A DNA stretch of 63,995 nt, counting the filler, from Platydemus manokwari (taxonomy: Eukaryota), in NCBI GenBank assembly GCA_037951405.1. It is 6 parts of 6 records of this genome, joined end to end, with 100 filler letters (N's around TTAATTAATTAA, not from the genome) between each part and the next. Parts side by side here need not be neighbours in the genome. Positions count along the whole stretch, not along the records: positions 1 to 10,609 come from JBBMOY011120218.1; positions 10,710 to 23,485 come from JBBMOY011969156.1; 4 more parts are not named here. One strand, 5' to 3'. Position 1 is the stretch's first letter. Each line of letters starts with the position of its first letter. The notes beneath the pieces are model-generated. The model did not search any database. It saw nothing but the letters and a program-made list of their open reading frames with translations, and was not told where the DNA came from. The translations under genes were made by a program, and so were the position numbers. Shown piece after piece: positions 1 to 13,060 of this stretch.

Positions 1-1989
1 GAATGATAATAATAAGAATAATAGTACTGATAGAAATAAATATCATTCATATTTGGCATGGTTTCAAATTTAGTAGTTTTCAAACATAAATTATGTAAAT
101 AATAAAATAAAAGGCAGGATAAATTCTAAGAATTTTTTATAAAATCGGCCACTTATAAAAATATTCCGACATTAGCATGGAGAAATAATAAATCGTAATA
201 TCGAATTTATTTATACGAGAACTTTCACTACCAATTTATTGGCAATCTAACATTCCTCGGTGATAGTAAAATCCCAAATGGACACTAATAATAATAATCA
301 AAAAAATTGTACATTATAGGTTATCAAAGTCACCATCTGACTTTTTACTTTTGTAACAGTTTGTTCTATTCGGTAGTCCTTTAATCTCTAAATCGCTACT
401 GACAATCCAATAAGTCTTTATTTGATTATATTATTCATCTTTTTAAGATTAGGGATTAATAAATTATTAAAATGTTATTAAAAATAATTTACTGAGATAT
501 TTAATTATTTTAGCCATGATATTTGAATGATCTATTAATGGTAACAAAGTTTCGAAGAAACAATTATTTCCATTCTAATTATCTCACTGAGAATTGATAT
601 TTACTAAGAAGATTTAAATTGCCTAGCTAGTATAAGAATCATTTAGCTGTGAGATAACCAGTCGAACCTTTAAGGTTGGAAGCATGCAGTTCGCGTAAAT
701 AGTTGCTACTGATTGTATATCAGTAGTAGAATATTTTGATGAATGAATTCAACCAATAATGTGTTGAGGAAACTATTAATTACACTTAAGACTTTTACTT
801 GACTTCTTTTGTCTATCAATGAACTAAAATCCTCGGAAAAATATCATTTCCCATACAATGATAATACTCTGATGATTATTAAATTCTAGTTAGAAGCTTT
901 ACTTAAGATGTTTGTCATGGACCAAAACGTCTTGATTATTGTTCTCAAACATCACAGAAATATCTCAAAGATTCACAAAACTGTACGAATTTCATAATTT
1001 ACATATTTTCTAGGCTTTTCTTTGAAATTTTGACCGTCATTGATACACTCATTTAATGTGTGGGTTACTTATCCCCTGAGATTTCAATTCGACCAGCTAC
1101 TATTCAGTGATTTGTGAAATCAACCCATTATGCTCGGTTTAATTTAAGATAAACCGCATCATAAACATTCCGAAACAGCGTACATATTGGAAAATTTTAT
1201 TGGAAAATTTCCTCATATTGAATGTAAAAATATAATTACGTTGTGAGATCCAATTGTCTAGAGTTTCACTAGACCACTCAACTATTTAGCTGGGGATTTA
1301 AATCACATGGGTACCACATGATCGACAATACAGCATATGTTTCACAATCTTGAAAGTAGTTGAAATTCTGCACACTGCTGATACAGAACATTGCTGCTTC
1401 AGTTGGTCTATTGGCATTAATCGATTGCCAGTTTGTAATCCAAAGATAACCGCTTCAAAAACTTAGACAACCTGGGGGAATTTCTACGAAAATTATTTAA
1501 ATTTTATAATTGAAGACTTTTCGTTTTATCTCTCTTCTTCTGAAACATAGATGAGGGAAAAATAAGACATTTTATTTTCAAAGCCATCGATTATAAAATA
1601 ATGATTTTTAGACAAAATTGTTTCATTAGTTAAGTTCATGTTTTTAAAATCGATATTATTTGCCCTTTGTGGATTTTCTGTGATGGTTTTGCGAGTCTGA
1701 GAAAATTGTTAGAGCAAAACTATCATTTTACTTTGATGAATTGACTTTATAAAACTCTAACAATGAACTTGATGCCATGGAAACCGTTTTAGGCAGTTAT
1801 TTGCATTTTCCTACCCTCATTTAATATATGTTGGTTAATATTATTATGACAACTGCAAGTCAGCTTTATCTTTACGTCATTTTCATATCAATACGTCTTT
1901 AGAATTACTAAAATAATTATTATAATCAATGTTCGTTGCCAAAATTTCTTCGTCATCGAGATTTAAATTGGAAGTCATAAATATTGTTA

Positions 1990-2560
1990 AATATTGTTGA
2001 CGCGATGTTGTTTTCTGACTGGCGATCACGTCGAAGTTGATGCACTCACCAGTGAAATACGAGAAGAAAGGAAAATTACATTTCCTAATTTGTCCAGAAA
2101 ACACAAGAAATGCTGGTTAAGAAATCGATATACATGGATAGTCAAAGAAAATAGAGAAACGATTACAAATGATCAAGGATTTTACAATTTTCAACCAGAT
2201 GGAGTTTTCATTCTAGTTTGATGTGCTATCCCAGAAAGTCACAAAAATCCACGTGTTTCGATTCCCTCAACTGAGCCCCAATAGATTTTCATCTTTCCCT
2301 TTCTATGTCGAACCATCTCTCTGGTCTCAATAACAGCATGGATTGAAGAATTTTTTAACCAAAAATCACCAAGCTTTTTCAAACGTGGGATTGACAAACT
2401 GCCAGAACGGTGGAAGAAAGTGATCGATTGTGGCGGAGAATATCTCACCGATTTCATAAATTAATTTTGTAATCTGGAATTTTTTCCATGGTTTTTAATA
2501 TTGATCAGTATGTGATTTTCATAATTGTAATAAACCGCACGAACTTGTGTACCAATATAA
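1990..2560 (+). mobile_element. Degenerate mariner (Tc1/mariner, DD34D-type) transposon remnant with right terminal inverted repeat
   Basis: 2339-2443 translates on + as WIEEFFNQKSPSFFKRGIDKLPERWKKVIDCGGEY, the typical mariner transposase C-terminus (GIxKLxxRWxKVIxxxGxY). A DFHL segment like the 'SPDLAPSDYHLF' region lies just upstream. AAACCGCACGAACTTGTGTACCAATATAA (2532-2560) resembles a mariner right TIR. Frameshifts, stops and deletions are present; left boundary approximate, left TIR not found. Confidence 0.8.
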
Positions 2561-3452
2561 TTTTGCATGACTGATAAATTTGAAGGGCTTTCTCGATCAC
2601 ACTTATTCAAACCAATTAACTCATTGTGATCCAATTACATACAGAGATTAAAATCAAACAACATAATTAATAACTTAATATCGAGGAAAGACAACATATT
2701 TCGTGGCTCTATGTCAAGCTTACTAAGACTGTCGATTTGTTTTAATGAATCAAAATTTAAATAAAATTAAAAAATTATCAATTAAAACTGCATTGTGAGC
2801 TGGAAATAATATATTTTCACAACATCAATTTCTCCATTCTCATATATCGATGACCATCAACGCCATCACAACATAATAGCATGTTATATGGTGATAATAA
2901 TCAGTAATTAACCATATCGACAATGATAGAACAGCGGCAAATAGAAAGTGTTTGTGTGTGTGTGTGAGTGTGATATCACAATGTGTGGTTGACCGTGAAT
3001 TAACATCATGAGACATGATGGTGAAATGCGGAAAATATTTTTATGAAATGGGAAATATTGGAAATCATTCCATCACTGTCTCATTGATCAGCACAATTAT
3101 CGATCTATCTTTCAATCACTGATAGATCATTTTAATGATATACATATATTCGATAGATACTGTATTGTTACTCTGTCAAGGCATTATTTTATCGATAGCA
3201 TTGTGTCACTTAATTCTCTCTATTTATCAAATCTGTGTTTACTGTCATTATTTTTAATATATTTCACAATATTACCCCATCTATTTAATAAATCTCTCCA
3301 AATATTCATTATATATTATCTATTATTAATATTATTATTATCATTATTATTGTAAAAAAATTTAAATAAATTAAATTATTAAAGTTATAATTCTAATTTT
3401 ATGTAAAATTATATTGATTTGTTTACCTAACTGTTTATAGATAGATAATTTG

Positions 3453-3710
3453 GTTTCGCGACATTCCAGTTCGTTTATAAAGCGTGCCTTAAAAAAATAG
3501 AGGCTTATATATGGTGACCACGCATATCGTTACAAAGATCAATGACTGAAAGTTTTAGAAGAGGGGGAAGATAATGAGAATATATAAAGAATAGTTAAAG
3601 AAAATGTAGAGAAATTGTAATGGCGATATAAAAAGGAAATCAAGAAGCTGGAAGATAGAATTTGAGATTCTCATATAGATAAATGTGTAGAATATTCGAT
3701 ACAATGTCAG
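3453..3710 (+). repeat. Diverged copy of a purine-rich dispersed repeat (family A, possibly solo LTR)
   Basis: Aligns by eye with 43252-43460: gtttcgcgacattccagttcgttt vs gtgtcgtgactttacggttcgttt. GGTGACCACGCAT matches GGTGACTACGCAT in the 7090-7290 copy. An A/G-rich tract follows. Boundaries approximate. Confidence 0.5.
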
Positions 3711-6700
3711 TTGTATTCACACTTAAAATGTTAAAATGTATCTAATAAATATCTTCTCCATACAACTTTGGATATCATCATTCAGCAGGAATATAATTTC
3801 TGAATAATGAATATTTTGTGAGATTCTGGCCTCGTTTCTTCAATGAAGTGAAGTTTTCGAAATTAAATCGAATTATTGATTTTAAATCACATCAATTAAT
3901 ATTTTTATCAGAATCATTTAAACAAATAATAATTTTTAAAAATTGATTTAAATTTTTTTCAAATAAAAATTCATTTAAAATCTTCACAGTAGCGTTACAC
4001 TATTATTAAATGATATTTCATTTAATTCTTGAAGTCATTTCTAAATGATGACATAAAATATATTTCATCATCATCACTGAGTTTATTTTTTTATCTATTT
4101 CTCTCATTGAATACTGTTGTTCTCATCAAATTATTCTAATTATGATATCTTACACACGATGACATGTCGAGATAGATTTCGTTCGAAAATATTCTTATTC
4201 TCAATAATGCTATTTCCTTGAACAACGGATTACATTTCTCTTACAGTTTTCTTCTGTCACTTATATTTTGAAAACGAAACTTTCTCTATGATAAAGGAGA
4301 GAGATTTTTTATCTGAAAAATGATAAAAATAAGCATCCGTTAAACAGATATGAGCTAAACTTTAAGTTAATGAATAAAGTCAGCGATTTGCCATTAACAG
4401 ATTATTTGCGACAATATCTCTACAATTATATTCTCGATATATATAAATCTTATTTTACGTGGATTGTACCTGATATTGTAATAAAATGAAAAAAATAATG
4501 CTTTGAATTTGCCGCCTATGAACTCCTAAGTACAACGACTCTTTAAATTTATGATCTAACTTATTTCCATCAGTTTTTTCTGATGATTGAGTTTCATGTT
4601 AATATTATGTTCGAGTCTCAGATAACCAACCAGCAATTCTAGATTTGACTTAGGCAAAACGTGATTATTCGTTACCAGTCTAAAATTATGAAAAAACATT
4701 AGCCTAAATTAAATATTTTTGTTAGATAATCATTAAAAAGTTAATTTCAGATTTAATTAGAATAATAATTCTATTATTGTTAATTATCGATAAATATTTG
4801 AACTACCATTTTAAATCGAAAATATATTGATATTAAAAATATGAATGATTAATTTAATTTGTTTGACTGTTTTGAGTAAATGTACTTTAATAATTAGTTA
4901 CAATTTTGGTAATTACCACAATGTTGCACAGTACACGTTGTGGGTAAAATATAGTACAGTAATTTGCAAAATAGTTTTTAGTGCGGGCTTATAATTACCA
5001 TTCTCGTCGATATCACGTTTATACTACCAACGAATATGATCTACTTTATTATCATTAAAATATCTTTATTGCGAGAATTTATAAATAATTTCCAACACAT
5101 TTTGAAAAGTACATTTGAATGATATGTTCGAATATTTTTATAAAATATACTTTATGAGTTGAAAATCTTAAACGATCTTCAATTCGTATTTAATTTATTA
5201 GTAGCAGCTGATATTTATTATCACTGACATTGTTTTCAGAAGAAAACCAATTGGTTATTAGCAAGAATTGATAGAAATATATTGATTAACGGGAGTAGAT
5301 GTCAATAATCGATTGTAACTTTAAGCCAGCTATGTAAGAATAAAATTAGGATAAATTGTTAATTATAAAAAATAATAAGACCGAAAAAAGAAAATAATTT
5401 GACTTGGATTTTTTCTTTAACTAAATATTTGAAATATATAATTTTAAATACAAAATATTTCGTTATAATTGGTTATAATTGTAATCAAGTCGAATAATAA
5501 ATGCAAATAAACAAAAAATATAAATTAAATGACCATTTCTGAATAACAGCTAATAATGTAGGTGCGGTAAAAAATGCACAAACCTGATGAATTCATTATT
5601 TGCAACGGAGCACAAAAATGGGTGCCGGTGAGAATAACAAAATTGCATTAAAATAGTAGCTAATTATCTTTATTTAAAAGGACGTTATCTGTGCTGTAAG
5701 GCACTACAATTTAATAAACCAAGCATTGAAAAGAACTAAAAAGTCACGATAATAAATGATTTTTAACTCCAATTATTTAAGCGAATTAACGCCGGGTGTG
5801 ACCAAAGTAACTTAAACTCTTTGAGCGATTATTTTATGGGTCTTTTCAAAGCTCTTTCAGAATCGATAATTTATTTGAATTTTGAACTTGCTTTGTCGAT
5901 TCATTGCTTGTGATAAGCATAAATTGGATTTAAAAGAAAATGTTTGAGATATATTTCACGGATAATAGAGAAAAGAAAAACACTGACAGCCGTGAAATAC
6001 TTTTACAAGTGCAGCAATATAGCAAACCAATTGAATGGAAAGTGCTTAAATAAATCTTTAATATTTTACATATGTATTTTATTTTTATTTCAGATTATGT
6101 TTTAGTTTTGTCACTCCCATTATATAAAATCCGATAATAAAATCTTTTGAATTCATTGTTTGAAAGCTATCACCATTATTTTAAGATCATGAAATGTGCA
6201 GCTAATAAATTTCTAATGGGTTAGAAATAGAGATACAGTGCAGACAAAGTAATAGTGTGTATTGAAGGCTTGTGTCTATGATGGTTACCAGTCATGCGAC
6301 GAGAAGGGATTTCTGTACCGATAGTTCCAGACCAGGTATCGGAACTCAGTCCTCGTTTAGACATTGTAATTGTCTTATTAAATACGGCGTTCGCACCACA
6401 CTTTATTTTTGTACAACAATTTATAATAAATGTCTTTTTGCGAACTAGCGTTTGCTTTTTCTTTTGATGTTAATCTGAAAAACAGATAAGTGTCCGATAA
6501 AGGGTTTGGGTTACGTGCTTCATATAAGTATAATTCATATGAAAAAATAATTCAGCTTTTTATCCAACTACAGCTTGATATTCACTCTTCATTCTTCCTA
6601 TGAAATGCAATCTCAGAAAATTGTTTCAACAAAAATAATCCGAACATGAGGAACAATTGGGTGATAGCTGATTATAGAAGTAATAAATGAAAGAACTGGG

Positions 6701-7089
6701 CACCATTAATGCCAATATTCATCAATAAATCTCTGCTTGTAATAAAACAAACCAAAGTAAAAGATATTTATGCCTTAGCTGTCAAAGAAAACATCTTCAA
6801 CATGAGATTAAACAAATACAATTTTGACCACGACGTAATGCTTCCATAAGGTTTTCTCTGGATAGTCAGTGTTATACATAAAATCCTTATCAAATAAAAA
6901 CTCATCATAAAATGCGATTGCAGAGCTCTACCCATTGATTAATTTGAGACACAGTTTATAACTAATGATTTGTGATGATTTAAATGTTAATATTTTTAGT
7001 AATATTTTTGATCAGGTGTTGAGTGGACGAATCAGAATTGCGTTAGCTCATTCACAACAATCCTTGATATGCATCAATATTAGGTAGAA

Positions 7090-7290
7090 CCCTGAATCTA
7101 TTTTATATCAACTTTATATTGTCTTTATATCTTCTCTATATCTCATCTATGTCTCTCTTCTATATATTAATTAATTATATCTTCACTTTACCATATCCAT
7201 ATCGCTTTCTCTTATACTTTCACGTCATAGACCTTCTCAGAATTGCGTCTAAATGCGTAGTCACCCTGTAAAATCCTCTCAATATGAAAG
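7090..7290 (-). repeat. Dispersed repeat family A copy (inverted)
   Basis: Reverse complement of 7225-7243 (ATTCTGAGAAGGTCTATGA) matches 43333-43351 (ATTCTGAGAATGTCTATGA) at 18/19 positions, with flanking similarity. Confidence 0.6.
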
Positions 7291-8074
7291 TGAAGTGACC
7301 ATCTGACAATATTGGATTCTAATAAAACAATTGAACCGAGATTTTTCATCTTGGAAATTTTCGAAAAGTTTGAAATAGTTACAAATCTATGATTTTAAAA
7401 CTTTAAAGTGTAATAGAAATTTATCAAATTTACAGTTTACAGGTTTTTGGCTATCTTCCTTGAAATTTCCATAATTAAGAATGATTGATAAAGGGGAGTT
7501 ATACCCCCATAAGACATAATACTATAATATTTTAGAATTTTTAGAATTTTTTCAATGATCTTATTTATAAAATATATTTTATCGTGTGCATGGCATTAAT
7601 TTTTGAATTTAAAGGATATATTTTTATCAAAGCCATTTAATTTTACAAATACAGAATCGATAGTTCGAGAAGCACCATTTGGTTTATTCATTCTTAGCAG
7701 GATTTAATTATATCTTTGATAAAACCTCTTAAATAGTTTTATTCCACATAATATTTAATATCAGTTAATAATAAAAGCAATTTAGGAATGAGCTGGAGGA
7801 TTTAAAGATTGAAATCCCATCATCATTTACCGATCACTGCACATATAGGACAAGATAATATTTGATAATATCGGGAAATCATCATGTGCCTCACGTGTTT
7901 CTCTATTGTAAAACTCACGGCAAATTTTATCTTTCTACATTAACACAGTAATCGTCTGATAACTGTAATTGGTTGATATTGGACGAATCGCAATGAGCGG
8001 AAATGTTTCCATACTAAACTGATCCCAATAACTTGATTTAAAATATAAAATGAGAAACTAATTTTCAAATTCAG

Positions 8075-8506
8075 ATGGAATCCGTAAACAATCATCTCAT
8101 TTCCAATTTTCCGCTGATAAAACCACGCGTCAATTCCGCTCCGGAAGTATTGTCAGTAACGACGAAAAAGCACAGACCGAAATACAAAAATGAAATCCCT
8201 ATAAAGAACGAGCGTAAATCATCGCAAAGTTCGATATCTCTCGATATATTCCGATCACCAGACGGCATAAAAAACAACGAAAATTACCTTTCAATTTCGA
8301 GGAATTTTTCAATCGTTTCCGGTAGGAGATTATCCAGTATGGAACAGAACAAGGAAAAGTTTGAGATGCAGTTTTGTCGGATAAATGTTTTGCTTATCAG
8401 CATGCAATTGGGCTTAGGATTTTCCATGTCCGGCTTAGGTGTTTATCTTAGATCAGTGTCACCCTCACTGACATGGAGAGATTGTACGTATTGGGCCGGA
8501 TTACCA
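8075..8506 (+). CDS. SSPN: First coding exon (partial gene) of a sarcospan-like (CD20/MS4A-superfamily) membrane protein
   Basis: 144-codon open exon, preceded by TTCAG and ending at a GTACGT donor (8507). CRINVLLISMQLGLGFSMSGLGVYLRSVSPSLTWRDCTYWAGLP resembles sarcospan TM1 and loop (human CRFPLLLALLQLALGIAVTVVGFLMASISSSLLVRDTPFWAGII, recalled). Downstream exons not found before the spacer at 10610. Confidence 0.7.
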
Positions 8507-10539
8507 GTACGTGATTTTGATTGTAAATACTCATAGATGAATAAAGAATTTATAAAATCGATAATAATAGTAATAATAAATTAATAATTATTATTTATTA
8601 TTAAAAAGATAATATTAGGAAAAGTAATAAAAAATAAAATAAAATATTTAAGAGATTTTCAGATAGTTCAGGGCTTAATTTGCGTTATTTTCTATTTATT
8701 AACTTGGTGTCTGTTTTCTTTACCATTTGTTTCTCTAATATTTTATTTCCATTTCGAGTTTTCTTTATGTTTTTATCTCAATTTAAGAATAAAAATTATT
8801 TTCACTATCTTAATATTTCATAGACAGAAAGTGTTAACCCGAAGAAAATAATTTTGTTTAGATCCAACAATGGAAATGATTGTTTTCTTGTTCTATGTCG
8901 AGTCTCTCCGTACAAATTATTATATCGACAGAAAACAATACACCTACACACCCACCCACCCACCAATTAATCCACACACAGTCTCGTGGAGATATATATA
9001 TATATAAAATTGTATTTGAGTCACTGAATTATAAAGGAAATAATAATATATTTCTCAAAAAAGTATTTGAAATAATTGTCTATTATTAAAACACAGGGTT
9101 TTTAATTATAAAATAAGTTTGTAATATTGATTTTATTGATCTTTGTGACATTAATATTATTTTATTCAATTATATTTCGGTTAGTCAAATAATTGTGTTG
9201 CATGCATTGTGATCAAATATGCTTTCATCTACTTCAACTATTGCTATCGATTAGAAACGAAACATGAAGCCGATAAAATAAATATCGGCCGATATATTGG
9301 AAAAAATATTGATTAACAGAATTATTAAATGATAATGGCAGTCATTTTTATAATTTCAATAATAACTATAATCAATAATAAATGTTAATAATATTTGAAA
9401 TAAATAATATATATATATATAAATCGAAAATGAAATAAATTTCACTCATTTAGATAATCGATTTTTTAATCAAGGAAAATTTTCTTCAAGAATTATTTTG
9501 TACAATATCTGCCTTCAACAATTATCGATCACATTAATAGTTTATAAATTATAAATCAACAACACGACTTCAATAGCGTTAATATTTACTTTTATGGCCT
9601 TTTCTGTCCAATAAGCTAACAGTAAAATGATTATTAATATCGTTCTTGGAATTCATTATCAATGACTGCACTCTTTACCGATTGTAAAATATACTCTAAA
9701 TTTACTTAGGTTGTTAATTGATCTTTAGGAGAATGTTTGAACTTTTATTAAAGGACTGGCCCCAATTACAGTTTTAACACACACACACACACACTCGTAT
9801 ATATATACGAGGTCATTGTTTTGATAATTTTTGATTTTTAAGTCTCTTTAGAATTTTATAGAAATAATTTAATAGAATTACAAGATATTTTTAAATGGCC
9901 AATTATATTTATTCGTATGATTATGATATCAGCACAAATATAGAACGAACTCAAAATCCCCTTTTTCTTTTAACTTAAAAAATGTAGCAAGATAAAGACA
10001 TTATAATATTTTCAATACCGGGAAGAAAGTAGAATTAAAGGATAATAGCAGTATGTGAGAAACTCAAAAATATTTAAAATATTTTATCAACTTTTGTTGA
10101 TTCGAGATGTATGAAGTAACTCTCACAATCTCATTGGATTACTGTTTATGATGATCATAATGTTATATATCCCTATCTTTTATAAATATTCATTGTATTG
10201 AATTCAAAATTCATTCTGGAATTGTGGAGGAGCTTCTCCTTAACGACTTCATTGATCCTTACAGATGACAACAGGCTCGAGCAAGCCATCGAAAATAAAT
10301 GTCATTAGAAAAATACAAAATAATAAATTTTAATCCATTAAAATACGGTTTTCTGTGTTGGTAATAATTGTGGCGTAGATTTCCGCTATGAAGTCGGCAG
10401 TTTAATTTAATCGAAACCTAAATAAAGTTAATAAAAATCAATTATTGAATGTACTTGGTGAGCTAATGTTTTTAAAATGATAACGATAAATTATTATTAC
10501 TTCAACAGCCAGGATTTAATTATATTACCCTTTTTATCA

Positions 10540-10540
10540 A

Positions 10541-10609
<69 letters not shown>

Positions 10610-10709
10610 NNNNNNNNNNNNNNNNNNNNNNNNNNNNNNNNNNNNNNNNNNNNTTAATTAATTAANNNNNNNNNNNNNNNNNNNNNNNNNNNNNNNNNNN
10701 NNNNNNNNN

Positions 10710-10751
<42 letters not shown>

Positions 10752-10772
10752 GTTGTTGTTGTTGTTGTTGTT
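10540..10772. repeat. (TAT)n microsatellite on both sides of spacer 1, followed by (GTT)7
   Basis: Directly visible: (TAT)n 10540-10609 and 10710-10751, GTT x7 at 10752-10772. Confidence 0.95.
10610..10709. other. Artificial assembly spacer N44-TTAATTAATTAA-N44
   Basis: Exactly 100 nt with a palindromic 12-mer giving stops in all six frames; identical at five sites. Confidence 0.97.
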
Positions 10773-11960
10773 ACAAGATTTATTCATTACTAATTTGTTG
10801 GATTTATTGGATTGATTGTGACCTGCTTGAGTCTGAAAGCTTTGATTCGTGAACTTAATTTTGATTTTTCATTCATTCATCTCGGCTTTTCGTCGGTTAG
10901 GAATTGTTTGATTCTATGTTGTGTTAGATAATATCTATCAAAACACCGGTCGAGTGACATTGCCAGATTTTTGCCAAATGTTCAATATTTGAAATTGCAC
11001 ATTCTTTGACTAGGTTTAGGATTTTATTTTTCGCCACGCCAATTTTCGCCAAAATTGCTTCTGTTGAGGCCGGAACTGTACCGGGTGAGCCTATAATGCA
11101 CGTGAAAAGCTCAATATTGAAATATGGTTCAATTTGGCTAGCTCATTCCTAAAGTCGGTATAATGAATTATATTATTTTTGTTTGAATTATCGAAGTTTT
11201 GTATTGTGTCGATCGCACATTTCATGTCTACCAGGAAGATATTTTTTCGCTCTACATCAGTAACCAATAAATCGATGCGGTCTTTTCTTTACGATAACAG
11301 TGAGCACATTTGGTTCACTATTACAATAATATTTTTTGATCGACGACAGTTAACAATTTTGTTCAGGCATGCATCATGGCGAGTAGTTTGTAGATTTTGA
11401 TCGGGTTGCAACACTGTAGTACATGTGTCATGGTTTCAGGGAAACTATGGCAACGAAGGCACTTTTGACTTTCCTCGCTTGTCTTCCAAGGCGATGCATT
11501 AATTGCTAGAGAATTTGTTCTAGCTCGATGAATGAACTTAAATGTAAAAGATTTCAGGTCACTACGAAAAATCATCTTATTAATTTGTGGAGATAGCCTA
11601 ATTGTATCTGCAATAAAATTACTGCGCTTACTATCAACCCGTTTTGACGAATAAGATTCCTGAATCAGTTGATGTAAAACAAAAGACAGTTGTTTTCGAT
11701 TACGAGAACCAAAGTTGTAAGTTCCGCACAACTCAAAATTCAGGCTAATTTTGTATGTATTTTGAAAATATTTCACAGCATTGATAACACGTATCCACCA
11801 AGTCTTTTTAGAAGCAGAGTTTACTATAGATTTTTTACCATTGATCCATTCAAAGCTTTCACCGATTGATGGATTTGTGTTACGAAGCCTTGTAGAAGAA
11901 ACAAAACAAAGTGAATCAGGGATAATTCTTTTTGTCAGTTGACAGTTGAACAACAGTGGA
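10773..11960 (-). mobile_element. 5'-truncated, degenerate non-LTR retrotransposon with restriction-like endonuclease (R2/NeSL/Utopia group): 3' part of ORF and 3' UTR
   Basis: Minus strand gives FKFIHRARTNSL..., zinc knuckle CLRCHSFPETMTHVLQCC, then after frameshifts RHDACL...RIDLLVTD...IFLVDMKCA...IIGSPGTVPASTEAILAKIGV...AKIWQCHSTG, stop at 10924-10926. AATAAA on minus strand at 10779-10784, then (AAC)7(AAT)n. Confidence 0.88.
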
Positions 11961-12484
11961 CAATCTAATTATTAAGAAACGAAATTCTCGAGAATTGTAA
12001 ATAACCAACATGTGTTAGTGTCAGTTTTATTTCAACGATAAGACAATGATCTATATTATACGGCAATGACATCTACTAATAAACAAACCAATAATTTTCT
12101 CTTTAATATTCTAAGGTCATTATAATAATTAAAATCAATACCTCGTGCAATTTCGCCCTGTAATCCAAAAAGAAAACAAAGTTTATTTGCAAGTTTTTAT
12201 AATCCTATTTTCTTAAACATATAAAAGTGTTTCCTGACATACTTATTCCCTACAGACAGATCTCTGGGTTAATAGTATATCGATTTTTATCTTGAAACAA
12301 ATAAAATGGTTTATCGTTTGGAGTAACTTCAAATTATTTTGCAATTAAATAATTTGAAACTCACTGTCGAGACTGACGATATTAGAATCAACGAATTAAT
12401 TATTTTTGGAATTAATGACTTTATTTTTTCCAAATTTTATTTATTTTTGTGCGATTAAGTCACTCTTTTTATTATTATATAGAG

Positions 12485-12589
12485 CAGAGGTGGCCAACTT
12501 TTGTGTGCGTAAGATCAACTTTTCATTCGAATAACATCTCACGCGATAGACTAAAATTAGCTTCAACATCGACCGGTAGGCCACCCCTG
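12485..12589. mobile_element. 105-bp hAT-family MITE with 14-bp imperfect TIRs and perfect 8-bp TSD
   Basis: Left end CAGAGGTGGCCAAC, right end GTAGGCCACCCCTG (rev-comp CAGGGGTGGCCTAC). Flanked by ATATAGAG at 12477-12484 and 12590-12597. Confidence 0.88.
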
Positions 12590-12597
12590 ATATAGAG

Positions 12598-13060
12598 CAG
12601 TGATATTCAACCTTTTTCCTGGAGAGCAACCCCACGGACACATTACTTTGTCTCGAGACACCTCTGTGTAATAATTTAATTGTTTTATTTTGATAACAGC
12701 ATTTATTTTTTAAAATGAAATGAAAGCATTTATGTTCAGAGTATTGTACATGTTTGCTGATGAAATGAAAACACAATTATACACGTTTGAATACACTAAA
12801 TTTATTCTTATCAAAAACTCAGTGGGAAATTTGAGTCTAGTGTTTCTTGTACAACTCTTTAAGATTCGGTCGTGTTTTCGACAGATACACACACGAATTT
12901 CATCTTTTACATCCAGCAATCGTGCTCGTTTCCTGTGTTTGATGGTTGTCAGTGCTGAAAATCCAAATTCACACAAATATGAGGATGAAAATTGCACAAA
13001 AGGTCGTAGCGCTTTCTGGGCAACTCCAGGATATTCCTTTTCAGCCAGAAACCAAAATAT
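12598..13060 (-). mobile_element. 3' remnant of a hAT (Buster/Charlie-like) DNA transposon: transposase C-terminal dimerisation domain plus TIR
   Basis: Minus strand EKEYPGVAQKALRPFVQFSSSYLCEFGFSALTTIKHRKRARLLDVKDEIRVC matches the hAT dimerisation motif (YP..A...L..F.SSYLCE.GFS....K.K.R.RL). End CAGTGATATTCAACCTTTT at 12598 resembles Charlie-type TIRs. Other end missing. Confidence 0.88.

Noticed and set aside
5580-5860. Faint Tc1/mariner-like motif (NLNSLSDYFMGLFK)
   Set aside because: Too degenerate to support without a profile search.
7261-7270. CACCCTGTA as a Tc1/mariner TIR end
   Set aside because: Better explained as an internal part of repeat family A; no transposase remnant adjacent.
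10654-10665. Conserved palindrome TTAATTAATTAA as a biological motif
   Set aside because: Always centred in exactly 44+44 Ns: an artificial six-frame stop linker.
10477-10665. Poly-Leu ORF (also the microsatellite-derived ORFs at 53713-53931, 23244-23450 and 19428-19697)
   Set aside because: Translations of microsatellites and N-runs.
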